64,000 nt of DNA from an uncultured delta proteobacterium. Lineage in GTDB: Bacteria; Desulfobacterota; Binatia; Binatales; Binataceae. The notes under the pieces are model-generated. The model was not told the origin of the DNA. It did not search any database and saw only the letters and a list, made by a program, of their open reading frames with translations. This document shows, one piece after another, positions 1-7,630 of the stretch. The stretch covers positions 736,001 to 800,000 of the forward strand of contig CAVQEQ010000001.1 of assembly GCA_963711565.1 (NCBI GenBank), given 5' to 3'. Both the position numbers and the translations under genes were made by a program. Position 1 is the first letter of the stretch, and each line of letters opens with the position of its first letter.

Positions 1-148
1 GATGAGAATCCGCAAATCGTGCTTGGTGTCTGCCGCGCTGCAAAACTTGGAGGACATTGGCTGTAGGTTGCCGGTGTAGCGACTAGCGGGCAGCGGTGTA
101 AATTCGACAAGCCCGCTTCCATCGCGCGTCTGATCCATGTCCCAAAAA

Positions 149-164
149 AGCAACGAGTGTGCCA
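149..164 (-). promoter_or_regulatory. sigma54 -24/-12 promoter for a gene off the left edge
   Basis: Minus strand reads TGGCACACTCGTTGCT, matching the TGGCAC-N5-TTGC consensus. Confidence 0.75.
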
Positions 165-335
165 CGACATCGCTAGCTGACCAGAGGAAAACCCAATATC
201 ACTGCGGTCCTTTCCAGCCGGTTTTTGGCACCCAGAAGCGAGGCCGTCGGTAGAAAATACCCGGTTGCCGGGCTTAGCCAGACGCACAATCAACAAGCAG
301 GCCTTTATTCATTTGTTTTTTCAGCGCTGACCTAA

Positions 336-351
336 GGGCACAGCGATTGCT
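336..351 (+). promoter_or_regulatory. sigma54 promoter
   Basis: GGGCACAGCGATTGCT (GG-N10-GC) upstream of the 479 ORF. Confidence 0.7.
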
Positions 352-478
352 GTTAACCTCTCCGATACCTCGGAGGGTGCGCCACTGGCCGCGATTACCT
401 AACCCTTCTTTTCCTCCTTCCTGCCCGTGGCCATGACGCAACCCTTCGATTTTCAAGAGCAAGCATAGGAGGTCATCT

Positions 479-880
479 ATGAAAATTGTCACCATCATAG
501 CTTTAGCTGCCTGCACCGGAGTCGCACTGGGCTTTATGTCGAGTTGCGCAGACGATCGTACGGTCGAGACGACAACCACCCGTGAAGTCGACACCACAGC
601 GCCGCCCGCGATAGTAACTGCCGCGCCAGTCGTAACCGAGCCAGCAGTCGTAGTGCCTCCAAACGCGAGCACAACGTCTACTACGACTCAGTTCAATAAT
701 GGCACGGTCGAGAAGAAGACGGTGACCGAATATAATCCTGCTTATCCTGAGGTAGTTCCGTCTGCGCCCGTGGTGGTAACTACGGCTCCGCCGGCTCAAT
801 CCACTACAACTCAAACGACAACTACTAATGATGATGGAGACCTGGACCGCCGAACCACTACGACGGTCGTGACTCCGTAG
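479..880 (+). CDS. Thr/Val/Pro-rich putative lipoprotein
   Basis: AGGAGG RBS, signal peptide ending in a lipobox-like MSSC, low-complexity mature region. Confidence 0.75.
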   Translation: MKIVTIIALAACTGVALGFMSSCADDRTVETTTTREVDTTAPPAIVTAAPVVTEPAVVVPPNASTTSTTTQFNNGTVEKKTVTEYNPAYPEVVPSAPVVVTTAPPAQSTTTQTTTTNDDGDLDRRTTTTVVTP

Positions 881-922
881 TACATTCCTTTCGCGCCTCT
901 CCTCACTCAGTCCGAACTAATA

Positions 923-965
923 AGCAACAACCCACGAAGCATAAGATGCGTCGTGGGTTGTTGCT
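923..965. terminator. hairpin between convergent genes, likely bidirectional terminator
   Basis: Perfect 15-bp arms AGCAACAACCCACGA / TCGTGGGTTGTTGCT. Confidence 0.7.
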
Positions 966-985
966 CGATTTCTCTGTTGTCAGAC

Positions 986-1147
986 TCAAAGGATTGCTCT
1001 TCCGGCAATCAGCGACACCACAAACAACACCAGGAATACGAAGAACAGAACCCGCGCAAACTCCGTGGCTGTTCCTGCGATGCCGCCGAATCCTAACGCC
1101 GCGGCAATCACAGCTATCACGAGAAAAACGAGTGCGTAGTATAGCAT
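986..1147 (-). CDS. DUF1328 (UPF0391/YtjA-like) small membrane protein, 53 aa, absent from the ORF track
   Basis: Manual translation [53 protein letters not shown] with LGFGGIAG signature; GGAGG RBS. Confidence 0.92.
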   Translation of the reverse strand: MLYYALVFLVIAVIAAALGFGGIAGTATEFARVLFFVFLVLFVVSLIAGRAIL

Positions 1148-1183
1148 TACTCAATGTCCTCCAAGGTTGATGCTGAGTTATTC

Positions 1184-1199
1184 AGCAACGACTATGCCA
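1184..1199 (-). promoter_or_regulatory. sigma54 promoter of the DUF1328 gene
   Basis: Minus strand reads TGGCATAGTCGTTGCT, about 37 bp upstream of the ATG. Confidence 0.75.
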
Positions 1200-1246
1200 C
1201 TGCTAACGCTCCTGAATATGACAGAGCAGGCTACTCCGCAGACGAA

Positions 1247-1609
1247 CTATGCAATATTTACCGTCGTAGCAGCTGTCAGCGATCGCCTTAACACTTCGGC
1301 TGCGACTATCGCACCTACACCTACGAGTCCCAGCACCTGCCAGTACGGCATCCATCGATGAAGCAACAGCACCAGGCTCGCTAGCAGTGCCACTATGCCG
1401 CCCGCGGCGAGCACGATTAACGTTGATGTGAGGTAGACCTGGCCGAGGAGGGTCGTCGCCGCACCGACGACATTCGACTCGAGCAGACGGGCCTCGGCGG
1501 CGACGATCCGGGCGAAGTCCGAGAGAATCCGAACTGCCAGCTCCGGCAATTCGTCCTGCGACTCCCGCTCGATTGTCAGGTCAGACTCGTTCGACTTGAT
1601 CGTGCTCAT
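1247..1609 (-). CDS. YqjE/holin-like (DUF1469-type) two-TM membrane protein
   Basis: Helical N-terminus plus two hydrophobic segments; last gene of a yqjD-like operon. Confidence 0.65.
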   Translation of the reverse strand: MSTIKSNESDLTIERESQDELPELAVRILSDFARIVAAEARLLESNVVGAATTLLGQVYLTSTLIVLAAGGIVALLASLVLLLHRWMPYWQVLGLVGVGAIVAAEVLRRSLTAATTVNIA

Positions 1610-1916
1610 CGACTTTGGCTTCATTCGAAAGCACCAGGGCGGCGCCCAACAGCAACAGCGCTATCATTGCGGCCTCACCCGAGTCCGATCCCAACGCAAA
1701 TCCCAAAGCGCCGGCGACGCACGCCGTAGTGACAGGACGCTTGCGGATTCCGCGGTCCGGGCGGAGCCGAGCGACACCCTCTTCGACGCGGTCGCCAACC
1801 TGATGCATCGCGTCGCGGAGATCCTCCTGGACGCGATCGCCGACCTGATGCAACGCGTCGCGGAGATCCTTGGTGGCGTCTTCCAGTTCATCTTTTGTTT
1901 CGGGGGTGTCTGCCAT
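1581..1916 (-). CDS. DUF883/ElaB/YqjD-like membrane-anchored protein
   Basis: Charged helical N-terminus, IRKRP-x-GALGFALG C-terminal anchor. Confidence 0.65.
   Translation of the reverse strand: MADTPETKDELEDATKDLRDALHQVGDRVQEDLRDAMHQVGDRVEEGVARLRPDRGIRKRPVTTACVAGALGFALGSDSGEAAMIALLLLGAALVLSNEAKVDEHDQVERV
1786..1870. repeat. 45-bp tandem duplication (15-aa repeat DLRDA[L/M]HQVGDRV)
   Basis: 1786-1830 is repeated at 1831-1870 with few mismatches. Confidence 0.85.
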
Positions 1917-2121
1917 TTTTGCCTTTCTTCGAGGTCAGTACCGATGTCAGTCGGTCCCCCAACACGCCCTCGAGCACCATGAGAATGATTTGAAACGATG
2001 TGCGGTTGCTGAGTCCTCCGCCAATAGCGAAGCCGCCGAGCACGGCGAGCGCCAGCGACCGCTCGGGATACTTGGAAATCTTCTCACGCAAGTCGGCGAG
2101 GTCAGACTGTTGCTGCGGCAT
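1888..2121 (-). CDS. small membrane protein of the yqjD-like operon
   Basis: YPERSLALAVLGGFAIGGG anchor motif, tight operon spacing. Confidence 0.65.
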   Translation of the reverse strand: MPQQQSDLADLREKISKYPERSLALAVLGGFAIGGGLSNRTSFQIILMVLEGVLGDRLTSVLTSKKGKNGRHPRNKR

Positions 2122-2126
2122 GATCG

Positions 2127-2336
2127 TTAGCGCCGGGTCACGTGATTGAGGATCCGCGCGGCGATGTAGCCAACCGTGAAGGCGCTGGCAATGGCAATCA
2201 GCGGCTCATCGCGAACGAAGTCCATCAGGGCCGAGTTAACCGACGAAATGTATTCCGTTCCCATCTCGGCAAAATCACTTATTTTTTCGCGCCCCTCGTC
2301 GATCAGACCGTCAACATCTATTTTCGCGGTGCTCAT
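2127..2336 (-). CDS. ElaB/YqjD/DUF883-like small protein
   Basis: FVRDEPLIAIASAFTVGYIAARI C-terminal tail anchor typical of the family. Confidence 0.75.
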   Translation of the reverse strand: MSTAKIDVDGLIDEGREKISDFAEMGTEYISSVNSALMDFVRDEPLIAIASAFTVGYIAARILNHVTRR

Positions 2337-2396
2337 TTTGAAGCCCTTCCCTGATCAGCGAGTTACACACTCGACTGAAGTGTCAATGAATATCCA

Positions 2397-2412
2397 AGCA
2401 AGTTGGCTGCCA
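2397..2412 (-). promoter_or_regulatory. sigma54 promoter of the yqjD-like operon
   Basis: Minus strand reads TGGCAGCCAACTTGCT, about 60 bp upstream of 2336. Confidence 0.72.
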
Positions 2413-2642
2413 CCAACTACCGATGATTTGAAATGGTGCAGGTCTTTTTCTCCGGTGATATCGGTCAAAGTTACAGATTCAAGTCGCGCCGCATCCAGTC
2501 CCTTCAGTTTCTGAAGTTGTGCCGAGCTGCGATACCGGCATTGGAAGAATATTTCCGAGTCGCAATTACAGAGTTCTCGGTTTCTACTGGCCATCGCGCC
2601 AAATAATCCGCATGTAACCGGCAAAAGTCTCTTAGCGCTCGA

Positions 2643-2658
2643 TGGCATAAGGATTGCT
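2643..2658 (+). promoter_or_regulatory. sigma54 promoter
   Basis: TGGCATAAGGATTGCT upstream of the DUF6496 gene. Confidence 0.65.
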
Positions 2659-2902
2659 GGTTACCAGTCAATGCATCTGCGCTTGGAGGTTCACTATGGC
2701 GAATAGACCAGACCCGAATTCTCCCTGCCCATGCGGTTCCGGCAAGCTTTTCCGGCACTGCTGCGGAAAAAGCAGCAAATAAAACCTTCCCCCCTCCGGC
2801 AGGGTCGGAAGCCGTGGCGTCCTCCCCCCGCTAGCGGCTTTCAGGTCCTGCCGGACCTTCTTTAAGTCTGTTGGATTGTTTGATTGGCCAGGAGCGGAGT
2901 CT

Positions 2903-3109
2903 ATGCCCACCAAGAAATCGAGCGGCAGGAAGTATTCGAAAAAAGCCGGCAAAATGGTTGAGCGCGAAATCCATGCAATGAAGCGCGGAAAGCTCAAATC
3001 CGGCCGCTCCGGCAAGAAGGTCAGGAGCCGCAAGCAGGCGATCGCGATTGGCCTCTCCGAAGCTCGGCGCGCTGGCGCAAAGGTTCCACGCGCGAAGTCG
3101 TCGTCCTAG
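2903..3109 (+). CDS. DUF6496 family basic small protein
   Basis: HAMKRGKLKSGRSGKKVRSRKQAIAIGLSEAR signature. Confidence 0.9.
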   Translation: MPTKKSSGRKYSKKAGKMVEREIHAMKRGKLKSGRSGKKVRSRKQAIAIGLSEARRAGAKVPRAKSSS

Positions 3110-3276
3110 CAGTTCGCTCCCCACTCGTTCCGCGACGAGTCGGCATATAGTCTCGCGGCTCGCCCGAACCGCGTGCACAGCGGTTTCGCGAACTCAGTAA
3201 GAACTCCCGCCTGAAAAGTGGATGTCCCCTTGCGACGATCAGTGATTCGGAGCGGTTTAATCACTGCTCTGCCGAT

Positions 3277-3292
3277 TGGCGCGCTTCCTGCT
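3277..3292 (+). promoter_or_regulatory. sigma54 promoter
   Basis: TGGCGCGCTTCCTGCT upstream of the 26-aa ORF and DUF3309 gene. Confidence 0.6.
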
Positions 3293-3357
3293 CATTGAGT
3301 CGTTATCGCTTCATCCTACGACGCGATTTAACGGACACAGACAAGGAGTAGTCGAAG

Positions 3358-3438
3358 ATGCGTTATGCGATAGCCTGGCTTCTTGGAGTTCCTGCCTCGA
3401 TTATTGTGATTTGGTTTGTGCTTGGACATTTGCTTTAG
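3358..3438 (+). CDS. 26-aa single-TM microprotein (WLLGVP type), absent from the ORF track
   Basis: AAGGAG RBS followed by MRYAIAWLLGVPASIIVIWFVLGHLL*. Confidence 0.75.
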   Translation: MRYAIAWLLGVPASIIVIWFVLGHLL

Positions 3439-3501
3439 ACAACCGAATCATCAACCAAGGCCCACTTCTTCTCCAATGCACTTAAATACGAGAGGACCGA
3501 C

Positions 3502-3654
3502 ATGAACCTCATACTCTTAATCGTACTAGTTGTTCTCTTACTCGGCGCACTACCCACATGGCCCTATAGCGCTGAATGGGGTTACTATCCCAGCGGCGCG
3601 CTGGGGACTGTTTTAATCATAGTCTTGGTCCTGGCACTGCTGGGACGAGTGTGA
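3502..3654 (+). CDS. DUF3309 family small membrane protein, 50 aa, absent from the ORF track
   Basis: MNLILLIVLVVLLLGALPTWPYSAEWGYYPSGALGTVLIIVLVLALLGRV with the LP-W-YS-WGYYPSG signature. Confidence 0.92.
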   Translation: MNLILLIVLVVLLLGALPTWPYSAEWGYYPSGALGTVLIIVLVLALLGRV

Positions 3655-3696
3655 CCCCGGAAATTCGAGTCCCGTGGAGAGAGTCGGACGCCGATC

Positions 3697-3930
3697 CTAA
3701 TCTGTTCGGTGGCTCATCGCGATGCCCGCGCCGATTAGCAGGAGACCTAGCGCTATAGCTCCTCCACTAACGATCGGGGGAATAACGTGGGGCTCCTCGG
3801 TCTTTGCTTGCACCTTCAAGTCCCCGAGCCTGACAACGTCTTTGGTTGATTCGGTGTTGAAGTTTGGGGCCGCAAACATAATCAGTCCGATTAGCACGAC
3901 GGCTGCACCCAATATTATGATGCTTTTCAC
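3697..3930 (-). CDS. small two-TM membrane protein (DUF3185-like)
   Basis: TM, then DVVRLGDLKV loop, then IPP-TM; GGAGG RBS before a GTG start. Confidence 0.7.
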   Translation of the reverse strand: MKSIIILGAAVVLIGLIMFAAPNFNTESTKDVVRLGDLKVQAKTEEPHVIPPIVSGGAIALGLLLIGAGIAMSHRTD

Positions 3931-3973
3931 GGTAACGTCCTCCACTCTCTTGATTCTGCCTTTGGGCTAATCG

Positions 3974-3989
3974 AGCAAAGCCTGAGCCA
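3974..3989 (-). promoter_or_regulatory. sigma54 promoter
   Basis: Minus strand reads TGGCTCAGGCTTTGCT. Confidence 0.65.
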
Positions 3990-4153
3990 TCGGACACATC
4001 ATGGTCGTAATGCACAGTTCTGTGCCGTTTATGGCCTCCATTGCTATCTGTTCATCGCCCCGCCGATGAAGGACTTTCTCGGCCACCCGGCAATCTGAAA
4101 ATACTTCACACACGAGCCGCGAAAATCACCCGAGTTGCTCACTATTCGGCGGT

Positions 4154-4169
4154 GGGTATGGCGATTGCT
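4154..4169 (+). promoter_or_regulatory. probable sigma54 promoter
   Basis: GGGTATGGCGATTGCT (GG-N10-GC) about 30 bp before the ATG at 4198. Confidence 0.5.
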
Positions 4170-4197
4170 CTGTTACCTCTGCAGGAGGGACGAGACC

Positions 4198-4491
4198 ATG
4201 AAATTCGCAACAAAAGCGGCTTTATCGACGGCGCTGATAGCCGGCCTCGCAATTGTCGGCCCGGCGCTCTCCTCGAATCGTACGACTTTCAATCAATCAC
4301 CGTCTGCTGCAACAGAAGGTCACATGGTAAGGGCAAGCATCATCAAGGTGCATACCGACCATGGCGTAATTATTCTGCCCGGCACTGCCGACTCGTGGGA
4401 CGCGGTTGAGAACGCGGTGTTCGTCGCCGACAGCATCGCTGATTTTCAGATGGTCAACAACGAAGTTCCCTGGCAGATAGACTATGAATGA
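4198..4491 (+). CDS. secreted, degenerate BON-domain-like protein
   Basis: Signal peptide; IKVHTDHGVIILPG...VNNEV resembles the BON C-terminal half. Confidence 0.6.
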   Translation: MKFATKAALSTALIAGLAIVGPALSSNRTTFNQSPSAATEGHMVRASIIKVHTDHGVIILPGTADSWDAVENAVFVADSIADFQMVNNEVPWQIDYE

Positions 4492-4546
4492 CAGCGTAAG
4501 ATTTTTGCTGTTACCTTAGTCCTTCCATTCTTCCCGACAGCGTCGT

Positions 4547-6484
4547 TTGACCGTCTTCCCTGCGTGGAGAGGCGCCGCCCGAGCTGGGCTCGCGCGCCCA
4601 TTGCTACTCGCGGCGGCGCGGATTAGAAGCAGGTGTTCGGTCCGCGCGGTTACCGACGTGCCAGCAAACCGACTCAGGAAAAGCCTGACCGCTACGATCC
4701 TGGTGCCCAGCATCCTGGTTGGGACGGCGACCGTCGCTCTGCTTTGGGAATTTCACAGTCAGATGTCCGAAACGGGCTGGGTAGAGCATACCGATCGCGT
4801 CGAGCTTCTGGCCGAAACCGCGAAGACTGAATTCCTCTCGGCGCAGGACGCGCTCAGAGGTTTCCTGATTTCTTCGAGTCCTGCCGACCGTGATTCTGTG
4901 CAGGAGCATTGGAACGCGAGCCGACGAATCATCAAGCAACTGGTTGCTCTGGTAGCCGACAATCCCGGCGAGGAAGAGCGCCTGACAAGTCTGAACGACC
5001 TGGAGAATCAATGGCTCGAGGCCGCCAGTGCCGCGGACTCGGCCTCTGCGGATGCCGACAAGCGCGAGCTTGCCCAACGAGCCGCGGCGATCGGTAGCAA
5101 GGCACTGGCTCAGTTCGATACGGTTTCCGGCGCTGAGGAGGAGTTGCGAATTGCCAGAGACTCGCGGCGAGATTTGCAATATCGCGTCGCGCTGTGGGGC
5201 ATCCCAATCGCAGCGTTGATCCTGATCATTGGACTGACGTCAACAGCGTGGAGAGAAATTCGAAGAGCGAGCCACATATTTGCGACGGCGCTGAACGATG
5301 CCGAGCAAGCAAATCAGACGAAAACGAATTTTCTGGCGGTAATCTCCCACGAACTGCGCAACCCCCTCAACTCGATCCTGCTCTGGTGCAACGCGCTGCT
5401 CTCCAGCGGAACACTCGAGGGCAGAATTGAACAGGGCATGAGCGCAATCTTCCGCGCCGCCAAGGCCCAGGCGCAGCTGATCGAGGATCTGTTGGACATC
5501 TCCAGGATCGAGAGTGGTCAGATGCGCTTTAACGTCCAGCCGATCAGTCCCGCCGAGGTCGTGCGGGCGGCCGTTGACAGCATGATTCCCGCGGCTGAAG
5601 CGAAATCGATCGCCGTCCAAACCGTGATCGATCCGCGCGCGAGCATGATCGTTGGCGATTCGCATCGGCTTCAGCAGGCGGTGTGGAATCTGCTCTCGAA
5701 CGCGATCAAGTTCACGCCCAAGGATGGCAAGGTGCAGGTGCGCCTCGAGCGGATCAACTCCCACCTCGAAATTGTGGTCGCCGACAACGGCCAGGGGATC
5801 GACCAGCGCGCGCTCGAAAACGTCTTCGACCGATTCTGGCAGGCCTCAAGAGAGAGCGGCGATCGCGGACTGGGTCTCGGGCTCTCGATCGTCAAGCACA
5901 TCGTGAATCTTCACGGCGGCACCGTCATTGCCCATAGCGACGGTCCGGGAAAGGGAAGTGTTTTTGTGATCCGGCTTCCGGTGCCGGTCACCACGGCCGG
6001 CCTGGAGAGTACCCCGCGGCGCCATCCTACTGTCTCGCCGGTCGCGCAAGGCGCCCGCCTTCAACGGCTCGATGGGATAGCGGTGCTCGCGGTCAACGAC
6101 GATGCGGCGACGCTTCAAGGACTGAGATCCTTGCTCACATCGCTCGGAGCAAGCTGCAAGGAGAGCTGTACAGTTGAGGACGCAATCGCCACCCTGGCTG
6201 AAAAACATCCCGACGTACTCATCTCCGACCTCGGAATGCCGGGCCGCGACGGCTATTCATTGATCAGAGAAATCAGGGAAAAAGAGAAAGCATCGGCGGC
6301 TTCGGCCCATCTTGCGGCTATCGCTCTGACAGCCTACGGCCGCGTCGAAGATAAGGTTGAAATTCTGGCGGCCGGCTTCGATGGCCACGTTGTGAAGCCG
6401 GTCAACCCGGCGGAGCTGGCAGCCGTCATCAAGCGGCTGGTGGAAGCTGGACGCTCGGGTAATTACAAACCAACACCATCATAA
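4547..6484 (+). CDS. hybrid sensor histidine kinase (CHASE3-HisKA-HATPase-REC); start uncertain
   Basis: WVEHT CHASE3 motif, ISHELRNPL H-box, NLLSNAIKFT N-box, GLGLGL G-box, LISDLGMP receiver. Confidence 0.9.
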   Translation: MTVFPAWRGAARAGLARPLLLAAARIRSRCSVRAVTDVPANRLRKSLTATILVPSILVGTATVALLWEFHSQMSETGWVEHTDRVELLAETAKTEFLSAQDALRGFLISSSPADRDSVQEHWNASRRIIKQLVALVADNPGEEERLTSLNDLENQWLEAASAADSASADADKRELAQRAAAIGSKALAQFDTVSGAEEELRIARDSRRDLQYRVALWGIPIAALILIIGLTSTAWREIRRASHIFATALNDAEQANQTKTNFLAVISHELRNPLNSILLWCNALLSSGTLEGRIEQGMSAIFRAAKAQAQLIEDLLDISRIESGQMRFNVQPISPAEVVRAAVDSMIPAAEAKSIAVQTVIDPRASMIVGDSHRLQQAVWNLLSNAIKFTPKDGKVQVRLERINSHLEIVVADNGQGIDQRALENVFDRFWQASRESGDRGLGLGLSIVKHIVNLHGGTVIAHSDGPGKGSVFVIRLPVPVTTAGLESTPRRHPTVSPVAQGARLQRLDGIAVLAVNDDAATLQGLRSLLTSLGASCKESCTVEDAIATLAEKHPDVLISDLGMPGRDGYSLIREIREKEKASAASAHLAAIALTAYGRVEDKVEILAAGFDGHVVKPVNPAELAAVIKRLVEAGRSGNYKPTPS

Positions 6485-6487
6485 GGA

Positions 6488-6904
6488 TTACTGCAGCGGC
6501 TCAGGTTTGCCTTTCGCGATCAATCCGACATGACGCGCGAGCAATTGCCAGTTTCCCTCGCGCTTCGTCCAGACGTTCATGTAGCTAACGAACATTTTGT
6601 ACTCCGCGGTCTCTCCGACCAGCTGAGAAGCTTCGTTGCCGGTGGTGACTACGAGGTCGCCGAAGGTTGCGATTTTTACCGGGCGGCGTTCGTAGGTCCG
6701 CAGCCGGAGCCGTCCCGTTTTTACCATTTCCAGCAGGATCTGTTTTCCCACAATCAGGTTCGCGGTGCTGTTGACGATCAGGTCATCAGCCCACAGCGTC
6801 TGCAGAGTTGAAACATCAGCGGCACGCATCGCGCGCGCTTCCTGCTGTTCCAGCACTTCGATTTCTTTCTGCTGCTCGGCGTTGCGCTCGTCGGCGGTAT
6901 TCAT
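6488..6904 (-). CDS. NTF2-like (DUF4440) protein
   Basis: ADVSTLQTLWADD...NVWTKREGNWQLLARH pattern. Confidence 0.8.
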   Translation of the reverse strand: MNTADERNAEQQKEIEVLEQQEARAMRAADVSTLQTLWADDLIVNSTANLIVGKQILLEMVKTGRLRLRTYERRPVKIATFGDLVVTTGNEASQLVGETAEYKMFVSYMNVWTKREGNWQLLARHVGLIAKGKPEPLQ

Positions 6905-7287
6905 TGTGTCGGCTCCCGCCTGCAGTAGTGACTTACCGTTGTCAGCAGATGATCCACGTCCACCGGTTTGGCTATGATCTCGTCGGCGTCAACGTCGGTC
7001 CGATCGCTCAACGCGGTCACGACGATCACCGGTATCTCCGCCAGCCGTGGATCCTTGACCTGTTCGCTGCGAAATTGCCAGCCGTCCATCACCGGCATCC
7101 ACAGATCGAGAAGGATCAAATCCGGAACCGGCGCCTGACGCAAGTAATCCAGCGCTTCCTTGCCGTTGCCCGCCGGTACAGCTCGATAACCCTTCATCTG
7201 CAAGAGCGCGACCATTGCTTCGCGGGCATCCTCGTCGTCCTCGACGACCAGGATGCGCGCATCTTCTTTTCTCCCGTCGCTCCGCAC
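6901..7287 (-). CDS. single-domain response regulator
   Basis: ILVVEDD, LILLDLWMPVMDG, IAKPV receiver motifs; true start probably near 7287. Confidence 0.88.
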   Translation of the reverse strand: MRSDGRKEDARILVVEDDEDAREAMVALLQMKGYRAVPAGNGKEALDYLRQAPVPDLILLDLWMPVMDGWQFRSEQVKDPRLAEIPVIVVTALSDRTDVDADEIIAKPVDVDHLLTTVSHYCRREPTQ

Positions 7288-7516
7288 GTTTCCAATTATA
7301 TAGGAGGTGGATCTTGCCCGATATCTATTTCCGCCGGGAAGACACATACACGAGCGTCGCGCCGTTTGTTCCCTGAGTAACATTTCGTAGAAGGTCGATT
7401 TCGATCGAGCGGCCTGCTCGTGCACGACGGCTTTCTGGCTCAGGTAAACCTTTCCTGCTTACCGATGCGCAGTTCTGACGCGCCTAAAAACACCATTCAC
7501 TACGAGCTATGTCTTC

Positions 7517-7532
7517 TGGCCCAGATTTTGCT
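7517..7532 (+). promoter_or_regulatory. sigma54 promoter
   Basis: TGGCCCAGATTTTGCT upstream of the MEDS kinase. Confidence 0.65.
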
Positions 7533-7630
7533 GTTACTTTTCTGCGAAACCTCGATTTGCGGTCCCGAATGTATGAGACGTGCGCTTCACGGTAGCCCGG
7601 TGATCGCTCGCGGTTCGCGTATGGTTGCCG

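Noticed and set aside
1247-1609. Holin-like gene as part of a lysis cassette
   Set aside because: No endolysin nearby; it sits in a yqjD/yqjE-like stress operon.
4011-4027. Minus-strand CGGCACAGAACTGTGCA as a sigma54 promoter
   Set aside because: The GG-to-GC spacing is 11, not 10; it is a short dyad at most.
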